64,000 nt of DNA from Acidaminococcales bacterium (lineage in GTDB: Bacteria > Bacillota > Negativicutes > Acidaminococcales > JAISLQ01), in the NCBI GenBank assembly GCA_031551525.1, contig JAVBNN010000004.1, forward strand, positions 29,446-93,445, in the 5' to 3' direction. Each line of letters opens with the position of its first letter. Positions within the stretch are counted from its first letter, which is position 1. The translations under genes and the position numbers were made by a program. Shown piece after piece: positions 37,145 through 47,509 of this stretch. The notes below the pieces were generated by a model that was given only the letters and a program-made list of their open reading frames with translations, did no database searches and was not told the DNA's origin.

Positions 37145-38800
37145 GGGGAATTTTACATACGAATTCAAACCGCCGGCGACATTGACCATAGGTTTTACCA
37201 TATCGGCCGGATTTATCGTAACTTCGATAAACCGCGCCTCATTGGCTGCCAGTGCTTCGTGCAGCACGGCATCAAATGCATCTGGCGTATTTACCCGTAC
37301 CCCTTTTATGCCAAAGGATCCGGCGTAAGCTATGAAATCCAGCACCGGCGGCTGTTCGCAGGCCACAAAACGGCTTTCGCAAAACACCTGCTGGAGTTGT
37401 CTGATCATTCCAAGGCCTTCGTTGTTGAAAACTATGCTGATGATGGGCAGTTTGTTCCTCACAATGGTATATAATTCATTGCCGGTCATCTTGAAACCGC
37501 CGTCCCCGGATATTGAGATCACCCTTGCCTGTGGACGGGAAAACTGTGCGCCGATGGCCGCCGGCAAACCAAAACCCATCGTGCCGAGTCCGCCGGAAGT
37601 GATCCAATTGCGCGGCTTTTCTATCCTGAGGTGCTGGGCGGCCCACATCTGGTGCTGACCCACATCGGTAACAAAAATTACGTCTTTGCCAGCCGCCGCA
37701 TCCGCCATCATTTTTACATAAAGCGGCGCGCTGGTACCTTTTATCGCCTCATCCTGATCCGGCCAGTCGTTTATGGTATTCCACCAGACGGATGGTGTAC
37801 GGCCGCTGAGTTTTTCAGACAAGCGTTCCAGACAGTATTTCATGTCCCCGGCCAGTCCGATGCCTGCGTAAACATTTTTATCTATTTCCGCCGGGTCGAC
37901 GTCTACATGTATCACCGTTTTCTTGTCGGTGTAGGCTTTGCGGTCGCCGGTCACCCGGTCGTTGAATCGGCTGCCCACGGCCAGCAGCACATCTGCCGCC
38001 TGTACCGCATTATTTGCCCGCTCGAGACCATGCAGTCCAGTCATACCCAAAAACAGCTTATGATTACCGGGGAAAGCGCCAAGACCCATCAGGGTACTGC
38101 ATACCGGCATGTTTATCTTTTCCGCCAGCTTGACTACTTCACTCCGAACATCCGCGCCGACCGCGCCCCCGCCTACCAGCATGACCGGGCGACGGGCATT
38201 TTTCAACGCCTCCACAGCGGCGTCTATAGCACCGTTCTGACAGCAGGCCGGTTTATCGTACTTGTGTGGCGCAAAATCTTCTTCCGTACAGTCTATCAGC
38301 ATGGTCTGTATGTCACGCGGCACGTCGACCAGCACGGGGCCAGGACGCCCAGACGCGGCAATTTCGAATGCCATGCGCAATATACCTGCGAGCTGATTGG
38401 GATTTTTTACCAAAAAATTATGTTTGGTTATCGGCATGGTTATGCCGGTAATGTCAACCTCCTGAAAAGCGTCGCGCCCGATGAGGGTTCTTGCTACCTG
38501 CCCAGTGATCGCCACCAACGGCACCGAGTCGAGAAAAGCGGCAGCCAGTCCGGTCACCAGATTGGTCGCGCCGGGGCCGGAAGTAGCAATACACACGCCC
38601 ACCCTGCCGCTGGCCCGTGCATAGCCGTCGGCGGCATGCGCCGCCCCCTGTTCGTGCACGGTCAAGATATGTTCGATGTTTTTTGACGCGCACAATATGT
38701 CGTAAAACGGCACTATCGCTCCGCCAGGATAGCCAAACACAGTGGTAACGCCCTGTTCTTCCAAACAGCGCAGCATTATCTGGGCGCCGGTCATCTGCAT
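37130..38800 (-). CDS. ilvB: acetolactate synthase, large (catalytic) subunit
   Basis: Start set to MQMTGAQIMLRCLEEQG, with AAGGGAG 8 nt upstream. The GTG at 38809 is only 1 nt from the Shine-Dalgarno site. ThDP-enzyme motifs are present: GYPGGAI, GPGATNLVTG and the ThDP-binding GDGGF...NN. Confidence 0.9.
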   Translation of the reverse strand: MQMTGAQIMLRCLEEQGVTTVFGYPGGAIVPFYDILCASKNIEHILTVHEQGAAHAADGYARASGRVGVCIATSGPGATNLVTGLAAAFLDSVPLVAITGQVARTLIGRDAFQEVDITGITMPITKHNFLVKNPNQLAGILRMAFEIAASGRPGPVLVDVPRDIQTMLIDCTEEDFAPHKYDKPACCQNGAIDAAVEALKNARRPVMLVGGGAVGADVRSEVVKLAEKINMPVCSTLMGLGAFPGNHKLFLGMTGLHGLERANNAVQAADVLLAVGSRFNDRVTGDRKAYTDKKTVIHVDVDPAEIDKNVYAGIGLAGDMKYCLERLSEKLSGRTPSVWWNTINDWPDQDEAIKGTSAPLYVKMMADAAAGKDVIFVTDVGQHQMWAAQHLRIEKPRNWITSGGLGTMGFGLPAAIGAQFSRPQARVISISGDGGFKMTGNELYTIVRNKLPIISIVFNNEGLGMIRQLQQVFCESRFVACEQPPVLDFIAYAGSFGIKGVRVNTPDAFDAVLHEALAANEARFIEVTINPADMVKPMVNVAGGLNSYVKFPLPPK

Positions 38801-38815
38801 AAAGCCCACTCCCTT

Positions 38816-39883
38816 CTAATCAAGTTCCGCCTCTACCAGTTTACCCATTTCCTCTGTGGATACCTTGGTGCAACCTTCCCGGTAAAGATCGCCCGTCCGG
38901 TAACCTTTTGCGAGCACCCGATCGACCGCCGACTCCACTTCTGAGGCTGCCGCTTCCTGTCCGAGCGAAAAACGCAATAACATAGCCGTGGACAATATCG
39001 TGCCCAGCGGATTGGCCTGGTTTTTCCCGGCTATATCCGGCGCCGAGCCGTGGATCGGCTCAAACAGGCCCGGCCCGTCGCCCACGCTGGCCGACGGCAG
39101 AAGACCGATGGAGCCGGTGATGACAGCCGCTTCGTCGCTCAAAATATCACCGAAAATATTGTTCGTCACTATAACGTCAAAAGCCGAGGGCGCCAAAATA
39201 AGCTGCATGGCGCAGTTGTCTACGTAAAGGTTTTCGAGCGTCACATCGGGGAATTGCGCGGCCACCTTAGCAGCAGTTTTTTTCCACATGCGCGAAGAAG
39301 CCAGCACGTTGGATTTTTCCACCGAAGTCACTTTCTTTTTGCGCATTTGCGCGGCTTTCATGGCGTAAGCCACTATGCGCTCAACTTCCGGCACGCTGTA
39401 TTCTTCCACGTCCCAAGCGCGTTCCACGCCCTCTTCGTCAATATAAGCCTCTTTTTTCCTGCCGAAATAAATGCCGCCGGTCAGCTCACGCACGATCAAA
39501 AGATCGGTACCGGCCACCTTTTCCGGCCGGAGCGGTGAAAATTCCAAAAGATGCGGCGAGAGTTTTATCGGGCGCAGGTTTACATAAAGGCCCATCTCTT
39601 TTCTGAGTCCGAGTATGGCTTTTTCCGCCCGGAGTTCGGGGGCGACATTGTCCCACTTGGGTCCGCCCACCGCACCGAGCAGCGTAGCATCGGCCGCCTT
39701 GCAGGCTTTTACCGTGTCTTCCGGCAAAGGCAGCCCAAATTTGTCGAGGGCTGCCCCACCGGCGTATTTTTCTTCCATTTCCACATTCAGTTTCTGTTTA
39801 GCTACTACTTTCCCGAGCACCCGCCGCGCGGCGGATACTATCTCCGGCCCGATGCCGTCGCCCGGTATCAGTATTACCTTCAT
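38816..39883 (-). CDS. leuB: 3-isopropylmalate dehydrogenase
   Basis: MKVILIPGDGIGPEI..., LLGAVGGPKWD, NIFGDILSDEAAVITGSIGLLPSAS. 355 aa. Confidence 0.9.
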   Translation of the reverse strand: MKVILIPGDGIGPEIVSAARRVLGKVVAKQKLNVEMEEKYAGGAALDKFGLPLPEDTVKACKAADATLLGAVGGPKWDNVAPELRAEKAILGLRKEMGLYVNLRPIKLSPHLLEFSPLRPEKVAGTDLLIVRELTGGIYFGRKKEAYIDEEGVERAWDVEEYSVPEVERIVAYAMKAAQMRKKKVTSVEKSNVLASSRMWKKTAAKVAAQFPDVTLENLYVDNCAMQLILAPSAFDVIVTNNIFGDILSDEAAVITGSIGLLPSASVGDGPGLFEPIHGSAPDIAGKNQANPLGTILSTAMLLRFSLGQEAAASEVESAVDRVLAKGYRTGDLYREGCTKVSTEEMGKLVEAELD

Positions 39884-39905
39884 CTGGCAGCCCCCTTAAC
39901 CTATT

Positions 39906-41165
39906 TTAAAGTTCTTCCGGCCGGGCTATCCGCCCCAGTACCGCGCTGGCAGCCGCCACATAAGCGCCGGCCAGATATATTTCGCTGTCTACATGACCCA
40001 TGCGGCCGCGGAAGTTTCGGTTGGTCGTCGACACCGCTTTTTCCCCGGCGGCGAGTATGCCCATATGCCCGCCAAAACACGGCCCACAGGTCGGCGTCGA
40101 TACTACCGCACCTGCGTCAACAAATGTCTTGAGATAGCCTTTTTCCATAGCCGCGAGATATATCTCCTGCGTAGCTGGAATGACTATCGCCCTTACCCTG
40201 TCGTGTACCCTGCGTCCGGACAGTATTTCCGCAGCCTGCGCCAGGTCGTCCAGACGCCCGTTTGTACAGGAGCCGATGACCACCTGGTCTATCACCGTTT
40301 CCAGCATATCGGAGACCTTTTTCACATTCTCCGGCAGGTGTGGGCAGGCTACCACCGGTTCAAGCGCCGATAGGTCGATTTTTACAATTTTATCATAAAG
40401 AGCGCCCTCGTCGGCAGACACTATTTCGTAATCCCTTGTTACACGCTCTTTGAGGTATTCTTTCGTAGTTTCGTCCACCGGAAATATCCCGTTTTTCGCG
40501 CCCGCTTCGATCGCCATATTACAGATGGTAAAGCGGTCTGCCATGGACAGCGCCGCTACGCCGTCACCGCCGTATTCAAGCGACATATAGCGCGCCCCGT
40601 CTACCCCGATCAGCCCGATCAGCGTCAGTATAACGTCCTTGCCCCGCACATGACGCGGTAAAGTACCGGTCAGTTCCACCTTGATGGCCGATGGTACCTT
40701 GAACCAGGTCGTACCGGTCGCCAAAGAAGCCCCCAGGTCGGTCAAGCCGACCCCGGTGGCGAAAGCGCCCACTGCCCCATAGGTACAGGTGTGTGAATCC
40801 GCGCCGATAATCACTTCACCCGGCGCCACCAATCCTGAGTCCGGCAAGAGTGCGTGTTCTATCCCCATGCGCCCAAGTTCGAAGTAATGCTCGATAGCGT
40901 ACTTTTTCGCATTTTCGCGCAAAGATTTGGCCAGAGCGGCCGACTTCATATCATTCGCGGGAACGAAATGATCTGGTACCAACACCACTTTTTCTTTATC
41001 AAATACCTCAGTTTTGCCGATTTTTTCAAACTCGGCAAAAGTCTGGGGCCCCATAATGTCATTGGTCAAAGCAAGGTCGATATTGCTTATGATGAGGTCA
41101 CCCGCCGTCACACTGTCTAAGCCAGCGTGTTGGGCTAAAATCTTTTGTGTCATGGTCATTGTCAT
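39906..41165 (-). CDS. leuC: 3-isopropylmalate/homoaconitate-type dehydratase large subunit, second paralog
   Basis: 419 aa. Aconitase-family Fe-S ligand contexts are present: [19 protein letters not shown] and [10 protein letters not shown]. It has its own AAGGGGA ribosome-binding site and no small-subunit gene adjacent. Confidence 0.85.
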   Translation of the reverse strand: MTMTMTQKILAQHAGLDSVTAGDLIISNIDLALTNDIMGPQTFAEFEKIGKTEVFDKEKVVLVPDHFVPANDMKSAALAKSLRENAKKYAIEHYFELGRMGIEHALLPDSGLVAPGEVIIGADSHTCTYGAVGAFATGVGLTDLGASLATGTTWFKVPSAIKVELTGTLPRHVRGKDVILTLIGLIGVDGARYMSLEYGGDGVAALSMADRFTICNMAIEAGAKNGIFPVDETTKEYLKERVTRDYEIVSADEGALYDKIVKIDLSALEPVVACPHLPENVKKVSDMLETVIDQVVIGSCTNGRLDDLAQAAEILSGRRVHDRVRAIVIPATQEIYLAAMEKGYLKTFVDAGAVVSTPTCGPCFGGHMGILAAGEKAVSTTNRNFRGRMGHVDSEIYLAGAYVAAASAVLGRIARPEEL

Positions 41166-41361
41166 AAGGTTATCCCCTTACATTACTGGTTGGCGATAAG
41201 TGGGTATATGCCGCGTTGCAACTACGTTTCCTTGCGCGTATGTCGAACATAAAATGCAACGAACAACGGTGGTCAGGAGACCGAGTACCGCGATGCCAAG
41301 GATGGCATTGAGCGGCCACAGCATATGGCCATTTATCGCCGATTACTCCTGCGGGCAATTT

Positions 41362-41844
41362 TCATTGCCCGCTTTTCACATAGTTGATAAGTCCGCCCGC
41401 CTCGGCGATTTTTTGAATAAAGCCCGGTAGGGGTTTGGTAGTTAGTGTTATGCCCTTATTCACTATCTCGACCGTTCCTTTGGCCAGATCCACCTTGAGT
41501 TGGTCGCCCGCCTGGATTTTTTCCACATCGGCGCCCAGTTCCAGCACCGGCAGACCGATATTTATCGCGTTGCGATAAAAGATGCGGGCAAAGCTGTCGG
41601 CTATCACGCACGGCACGCCCTTTACTTTCAAAACGATGGGGGCATGCTCACGGCTCGAACCGCAGCCAAAGTTTTTGCCGGCGACCACGAAGTCGCCCGG
41701 CTGTACGCCTTTGGCAAAAGTCTTATCGATGTCTTCCATAGCGTGTTCGGCCAATTCCTTGTGCTCGGCGATATTCAAATACCTTGCCGGGATAATGACG
41801 TCCGTATCCACATGATCGCCATAGCGCCATACTTTTCCACTCAT
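41362..41844 (-). CDS. leuD: 3-isopropylmalate dehydratase small subunit
   Basis: 160 aa. MSGKVWRYGDHVDTDVIIPARYL... GKNFGCGSSREHAP. It starts 1 nt after the stop of the upstream leuC. Confidence 0.9.
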   Translation of the reverse strand: MSGKVWRYGDHVDTDVIIPARYLNIAEHKELAEHAMEDIDKTFAKGVQPGDFVVAGKNFGCGSSREHAPIVLKVKGVPCVIADSFARIFYRNAINIGLPVLELGADVEKIQAGDQLKVDLAKGTVEIVNKGITLTTKPLPGFIQKIAEAGGLINYVKSGQ

Positions 41845-41845
41845 A

Positions 41846-43102
41846 TCACACCTCCGCCGGGCTGGCTATCCTGCCCGTGATCGCGCTGGCCGCCGCTACA
41901 TAAACGCCAGACAAATATACTTCACTATCCACGTGGCCCATGCGTCCTTTAAAATTGCGGTTGGTCGTGGCCACCGCCTTTTCGCCCGCCGCCAGTATGC
42001 CCATATGCCCGCCCAGGCAGGGGCCGCAGGTCGGCGTCGACACGGCGGCTCCAGCATCGATAAACGCCTTTATGTAGCCGCGCCGCATTGCTTCAAGATA
42101 TATCTCCTGCGTACCAGGAATGATGATCGTTCGCACCCGGTCGTGTATCTTCCGCCCGGTCAGTATCTCGGCGGCCTGCGCGAGGTCGGAAATGCGGCCA
42201 TTGGTGCAGGAGCCTATAATCACCTGATCAATGGCTACATCGCCAAAAGCACTGGCCGGTTTTACATTTTCCGGCAGGTGGGGATAAGCTACCACTGGCA
42301 CCAGTTTATTGAGTTCAATGACCACTGTGCGTTCGTACACAGCGTCCGCGTCCGGTGACACCTCTTCATAGGCGCGTGTGACACGGCCTTTTAAATATTC
42401 CCTGGTAATATCGTCGACCGGGAATATGCCGTTTTTCGCGCCCGCTTCGATCGCCATATTGCAGATGGTGAAGCGGTCGTCGATAGACAGGGCGCCGATG
42501 TTGCCGGCAAATTCCAGCGCCTGATAGCGCGCGCCATCGACGCCGATCATGCCGATCAGCGTTAATATAACGTCTTTTCCTCTTACATAAGGCGGCAGTT
42601 CACCCGCAAGTTCCACTTTTATGGTCGATGGAACGCGAAACCAAGTATCACCGCTGGCCATAGCCGCGCCGATGTCCGTCTGCCCGACGCCGGTAGAAAA
42701 TGCGCCCAGCGCGCCGTAAGTACAGGTGTGCGAGTCGCCGCCGATAATCACTTCTCCCGGAGCGACTAACCCCTTTTCCGGTAAAAGCGCGTGTTCTATG
42801 CCCATACGCCCCACTTCAAAGTAGTTATCAAGCTCCTGTTGGTGGGAAAAATCACGCACCACTTTGCACATCTCGGCGGATTTTATATCCTTGTTGGGGG
42901 TAAAGTGGTCCGGCACAAATACCACCTTGCTTTTATCAAAGACCTTATTCTGTCCGATCTTTTCAAATTCCCAGATAGCCGGTGGCGCGGTAATGTCGTT
43001 GGCCAGCACCAGATCGACTTTTCCTGCGAGGAGGTCCCCCGGTTCCACTCGCTCAAAACCGGCATGCCGTGCCAATATTTTTTCTGTCATTGTCATACCC
43101 AT
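41846..43102 (-). CDS. leuC: 3-isopropylmalate dehydratase large subunit, first paralog
   Basis: 418 aa. [19 protein letters not shown] and [10 protein letters not shown]. It sits directly between leuA and leuD. Confidence 0.9.
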   Translation of the reverse strand: MGMTMTEKILARHAGFERVEPGDLLAGKVDLVLANDITAPPAIWEFEKIGQNKVFDKSKVVFVPDHFTPNKDIKSAEMCKVVRDFSHQQELDNYFEVGRMGIEHALLPEKGLVAPGEVIIGGDSHTCTYGALGAFSTGVGQTDIGAAMASGDTWFRVPSTIKVELAGELPPYVRGKDVILTLIGMIGVDGARYQALEFAGNIGALSIDDRFTICNMAIEAGAKNGIFPVDDITREYLKGRVTRAYEEVSPDADAVYERTVVIELNKLVPVVAYPHLPENVKPASAFGDVAIDQVIIGSCTNGRISDLAQAAEILTGRKIHDRVRTIIIPGTQEIYLEAMRRGYIKAFIDAGAAVSTPTCGPCLGGHMGILAAGEKAVATTNRNFKGRMGHVDSEVYLSGVYVAAASAITGRIASPAEV

Positions 43103-43109
43103 GACGTTT

Positions 43110-44654
43110 TCACCCTTCCCCGTCTGCTTTACCGCCTGGAAATCCGCAGGATGCTATCATGCTGTTGATGGCGTTAACATACGCCCGTACACTGGCTTCA
43201 ATGATATTGGTCGATAGACCGCGGCCGTAGAACTTTTTGCCGTCGCGTTCCACCAGAACGGTGGATTCACCCAGTGCGTCCACGCCGCCGGTCACCGCCT
43301 TGATCTGGAAGTCGGTCAGGTTGATGTCAAAGCCCACGGCTTTATCTACCGCGTTATAAACGGCATCTACCGGGCCTTCTCCGAAACATACTTCCTCGGT
43401 CTGACCGGAACTCGACTCCAGCACTACCGAACCAATGGCCCGGCCACCGCTTGAAGAGTGTTCCTGATGGGACAAGAGGCGAAACCATTCCGGACGGTAG
43501 GCGGCTTTTTCCGAGACCAGCGCTTCGATGTCGCGATCGGAAATGTTTTTCTTGTGATCGGCCAGTTCCTTGAAACGCACAAACAGTTTTTCCACCTTTT
43601 CTTGGTCAAACTCATAACCCATATCCGCCAGCCGCGCGGTAAAGGCGTGCCGTCCGGAGTGTTTACCCAAAACGATAGAATTTGAACCAATGCCCACCGT
43701 TTCCGGGGTCATGATCTCAGACGTAAGCGGGTTGTTCAGCACGCCGTGCTGGTGTATGCCAGACTCATGGGCGAAAGCGTTCTCGCCGACAATCGCCTTG
43801 GTCGGATGAATATTGACGCCGGTCAGCGAACTGACCAAACGGCTGGTACGGTATATCTGCTGGGTTTCGATATTGGTTCCCGCCTTGAAATGGTTGCCGC
43901 GGGTAGCTAGCGCCATAACTATCTCTTCCATGGCGGCGTTGCCCGCACGCTCCCCGAGGCCATTCACCGTGCATTCCACTTGTCCGGCGCCTGCTTCGAT
44001 GGCAGCCAGTGAATTGGCAACCGCCAACCCCAGATCGTCATGGCAGTGCACGCTGATGACCGCTTTGTCGATATCTTTTACCCGTTCCCTGAGGTAACGG
44101 ATGAGCGCGGCATATTCGCTCGGCGTAGTATAGCCGACAGTGTCGGGCACATTGAGGATGGTCGCGCCGGCAGAGATGGCCTTTTCATAAATCTGGCACA
44201 AAAAGTCCCAATCCGAACGGGTAGCGTCTTCTGCGGAAAACTCCACCTCGCCACAGTATTTCCTGGCCAGAGCCACGCCTTTTTCCGCTGCCTCCAATAC
44301 TTGCTGCCGGTTCATTTTGAGTTTGTACTGCAAATGTATGTCGCTGGTAGCGATAAAAACATGAATGCGGGAACTTTCGGCCGCTTTCAGCGCTTCACGG
44401 GCACATTCTATATCCTCAATGGCCGGACGGGCCAAAGCGCAGATGGTCGGTCCTTTGACACGCTCGGAAACGACCTTTACCGCGTCAAAGTCACCGTTCG
44501 AGGTAATAGGGAAACCGGCTTCTATGACGTCTACCTTTAAACGCGCCAGCGCTTGGGCGATCTCAAGTTTTTCCGGTGTGCCGAGCGCTATGCCCGGCGT
44601 CTGTTCGCCGTCACGCATGGTGGTATCGAATATTTTAATGATACGGTTGTCCAT
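43110..44654 (-). CDS. leuA: 2-isopropylmalate synthase
   Basis: Start re-set to [18 protein letters not shown], with AAAGGAGG 8 nt upstream. It has [16 protein letters not shown] and a C-terminal LeuA regulatory domain. 514 aa. Confidence 0.9.
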   Translation of the reverse strand: MDNRIIKIFDTTMRDGEQTPGIALGTPEKLEIAQALARLKVDVIEAGFPITSNGDFDAVKVVSERVKGPTICALARPAIEDIECAREALKAAESSRIHVFIATSDIHLQYKLKMNRQQVLEAAEKGVALARKYCGEVEFSAEDATRSDWDFLCQIYEKAISAGATILNVPDTVGYTTPSEYAALIRYLRERVKDIDKAVISVHCHDDLGLAVANSLAAIEAGAGQVECTVNGLGERAGNAAMEEIVMALATRGNHFKAGTNIETQQIYRTSRLVSSLTGVNIHPTKAIVGENAFAHESGIHQHGVLNNPLTSEIMTPETVGIGSNSIVLGKHSGRHAFTARLADMGYEFDQEKVEKLFVRFKELADHKKNISDRDIEALVSEKAAYRPEWFRLLSHQEHSSSGGRAIGSVVLESSSGQTEEVCFGEGPVDAVYNAVDKAVGFDINLTDFQIKAVTGGVDALGESTVLVERDGKKFYGRGLSTNIIEASVRAYVNAINSMIASCGFPGGKADGEG

Positions 44655-45011
44655 GAAACAACCTCCTTTACTTAGGATATATAGCGACAGGCGATAAAGC
44701 GGCATATACTGTGTTGTTCATCGTATTTTATGCTCAAAGTACACACATGTACGTTTCCGCTAAAATACTCCTCACGCCTTGTCTATGCCACTTTCTCACC
44801 AGCCTTTACGATCAGCAAAATCTAAGAACTGCGCAAAAAGTGTTCGAGACAGCGGCGCAGTGATGCGCACTTAACTCCATGTAGTAAGGGCTGGCAAGAA
44901 AGGCTAAGATGCTAGGCGCGAGAAATTTATGCCGCGAAGGCGTACTAACTGGTACGTCGAGCAAATAAATTTTGAGCAACAACGCAGATTGGCCTTTACC
45001 GCCTGCCCGTA

Positions 45012-46010
<999 letters not shown>

Positions 46011-46071
46011 TTACCTCTCCCTTTTTTATCAATATTTATATGTGGCTGTTTATAATGGCTGACGAAAGCCG

Positions 46072-46623
46072 TCAGATGACCATACAGGAATTTTTGCAAA
46101 CCGCCGCCTCCGGCCAGTGGTACTTGCAGTTCTGCCCGACCGTCATGGAGGCAGTTCCCCTCTCCAGGGCAATAACGCCGGTCTGGACCATCTCTATTAT
46201 ACCGTATGGCGCCATTACGTCTATGAAAGCGCGCAATTTACTTTCTGCGCCGGTTATTTCAAAAATGACTACCGCGTCGCTAACGTCGATGACACTGGCC
46301 CGGAACACCTCGGCCAGCTTGAGTATATCCATGCGCTTTTCTCCGGCGGATACCTTGATAAGCGCCATACCGCGTGATATTTTGCTTTCCACCGGCAGCA
46401 GTTTGACGTCTTCCACTTCGATTAGTTTAGCCAGTTGTTTCATGATCTGCTCGACCATCGCATCGTCGCCCGCCACCGTCACCGTCATGCGGGAAAACTC
46501 CGGATCGTTGGTCATGCCGACAGCCAGGCTGTCTATATTGAAACCCCGACGGGAAAACATGCCGGCTACCCGCATCAGCACGCCCGGCTGGTTCCTCACG
46601 ACTATAGATAAAATATGCTTCAT
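46072..46623 (-). CDS. ilvN: acetolactate synthase small (regulatory) subunit
   Basis: ACT-domain start MKHILSIVVRNQPGVLMRVAGMFSRRGFNIDSLAVG. GGAGG lies 8 nt upstream. It is the first gene behind the T-box leader. Confidence 0.9.
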   Translation of the reverse strand: MKHILSIVVRNQPGVLMRVAGMFSRRGFNIDSLAVGMTNDPEFSRMTVTVAGDDAMVEQIMKQLAKLIEVEDVKLLPVESKISRGMALIKVSAGEKRMDILKLAEVFRASVIDVSDAVVIFEITGAESKLRAFIDVMAPYGIIEMVQTGVIALERGTASMTVGQNCKYHWPEAAVCKNSCMVI

Positions 46624-46640
46624 GGCTTCAGCCTCCCCAG

Positions 46641-46917
46641 ATAAAAATAATAACCCCCAGCTACAAATCTATGTAACTAGGGGCGAAAATCGCGGTACCA
46701 CCCTATTTTTCACTCTTACACCGGACTATCATCCAGCCGCGGGTAACGTCCGCCGACGCCTTTTCCTAAAAAGTATTCAGAAAAGGTGCTCCCAGGCGAA
46801 GTATTCACTTACAGGCACCGCCCTGGCTCGCACCGTCCGCCAGCTCTCTTTACCGGTATCCCCGCAGCTTTTCTCCTGTTCATCGCATTTCAAGCAACTA
46901 TATTGTATTTTGAATTA
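46641..46917 (-). promoter_or_regulatory. T-box leader (tRNA-sensing riboswitch) with terminator, controlling the ilv-leu operon
   Basis: The - strand transcript has Stem I elements GCGAUGAA...AGAGAGCUGGCGGACGGUGCGAGCCAGG. It also has the canonical T-box AAAUAGGGUGGUACCGCG (complement of 46691-46708). The terminator is CCCC-U-AGUUAC[8 nt]GUAGCUGGGG followed by UUAUUAUUUUU (about 46641-46684). Confidence 0.9.
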
Positions 46918-46923
46918 ATTTAC

Positions 46924-46952
46924 ATTATGACAGTTTTTAAAATGCTTGTCAA
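46924..46952 (-). promoter_or_regulatory. promoter of the ilv-leu operon
   Basis: On the - strand: TTGACA (complement of 46947-46952), a 17-nt spacer, then CATAAT (complement of 46924-46929). Confidence 0.7.
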
Positions 46953-47005
46953 CATTTTTTTGTAATAAATTTGTTTAGGTCTTATAAATTTGAATACTAT
47001 TGCCC

Positions 47006-47449
47006 TTAATCCCCCAGTTTCATATGCAGCAAAGGAAAAGACCTGCCCTGGCTGTCCACCGGCGAACGCGCAAAAAACCTAAACCCCATGTGTTCATAAA
47101 AATCTCGCGCCTGTGGATTTTGCTCGTTCACGTCGACATAGCACGCCCCCAGTATATCAATGGCATACAGCAAAAGTTTTTTCCCCACGCCTTTGCCTCT
47201 GGCTTTATCATCGACAAACAACATTTCTATTTTATCTTTATCTATGCCGATAAAACCACGTAGTTCGCCATCATTATAACAGTACAGGCTTTCTATCTCC
47301 TGTACAGCCTGCCTGCCCAGCGGCTTTAACCCCTCGATATCCTCCTCGGACAAAAAGGTATGCGTCACCCGAACAGAACTCTCCCATACGGCCAGCAGTT
47401 CTTCGACCAGAAGATCGTCCGGCCCGGTTATACAATATATTTTACTCAT
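47006..47449 (-). CDS. GNAT-family N-acetyltransferase
   Basis: Start re-set to MSKIYCITG, with GGAGG 5 nt upstream. Acetyl-CoA-binding motif LFVDDKARGKGVGKKLLLYAI ... ARDFYEHMGF. Confidence 0.8.
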   Translation of the reverse strand: MSKIYCITGPDDLLVEELLAVWESSVRVTHTFLSEEDIEGLKPLGRQAVQEIESLYCYNDGELRGFIGIDKDKIEMLFVDDKARGKGVGKKLLLYAIDILGACYVDVNEQNPQARDFYEHMGFRFFARSPVDSQGRSFPLLHMKLGD

Positions 47450-47477
47450 TTGTCCTCCACTAAGCCTGTTTAAACGC

Positions 47478-47502
47478 AAAACGCCCGTTTTCCGGGCGTT
47501 TC
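47478..47502 (-). terminator. terminator after serA
   Basis: Stem acgcccg (47481-47487) / cgggcgt (47493-47499). On the - strand it is followed by tttgcgttt. Confidence 0.6.
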
Positions 47503-47509
47503 AGTAGTT

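Noticed and set aside
41264-41292. T-box-like sequence GGTGGTC...TACCGCG on the + strand in the leuD-leuC' spacer.
   Set aside because: - It is on the strand opposite to the operon.
- The two halves are separated by a 12-nt insertion (aggagaccgagt-like).
- It has no Stem I or terminator context, so I treat it as a chance resemblance.
- The spacer itself is reported separately for its other structure.
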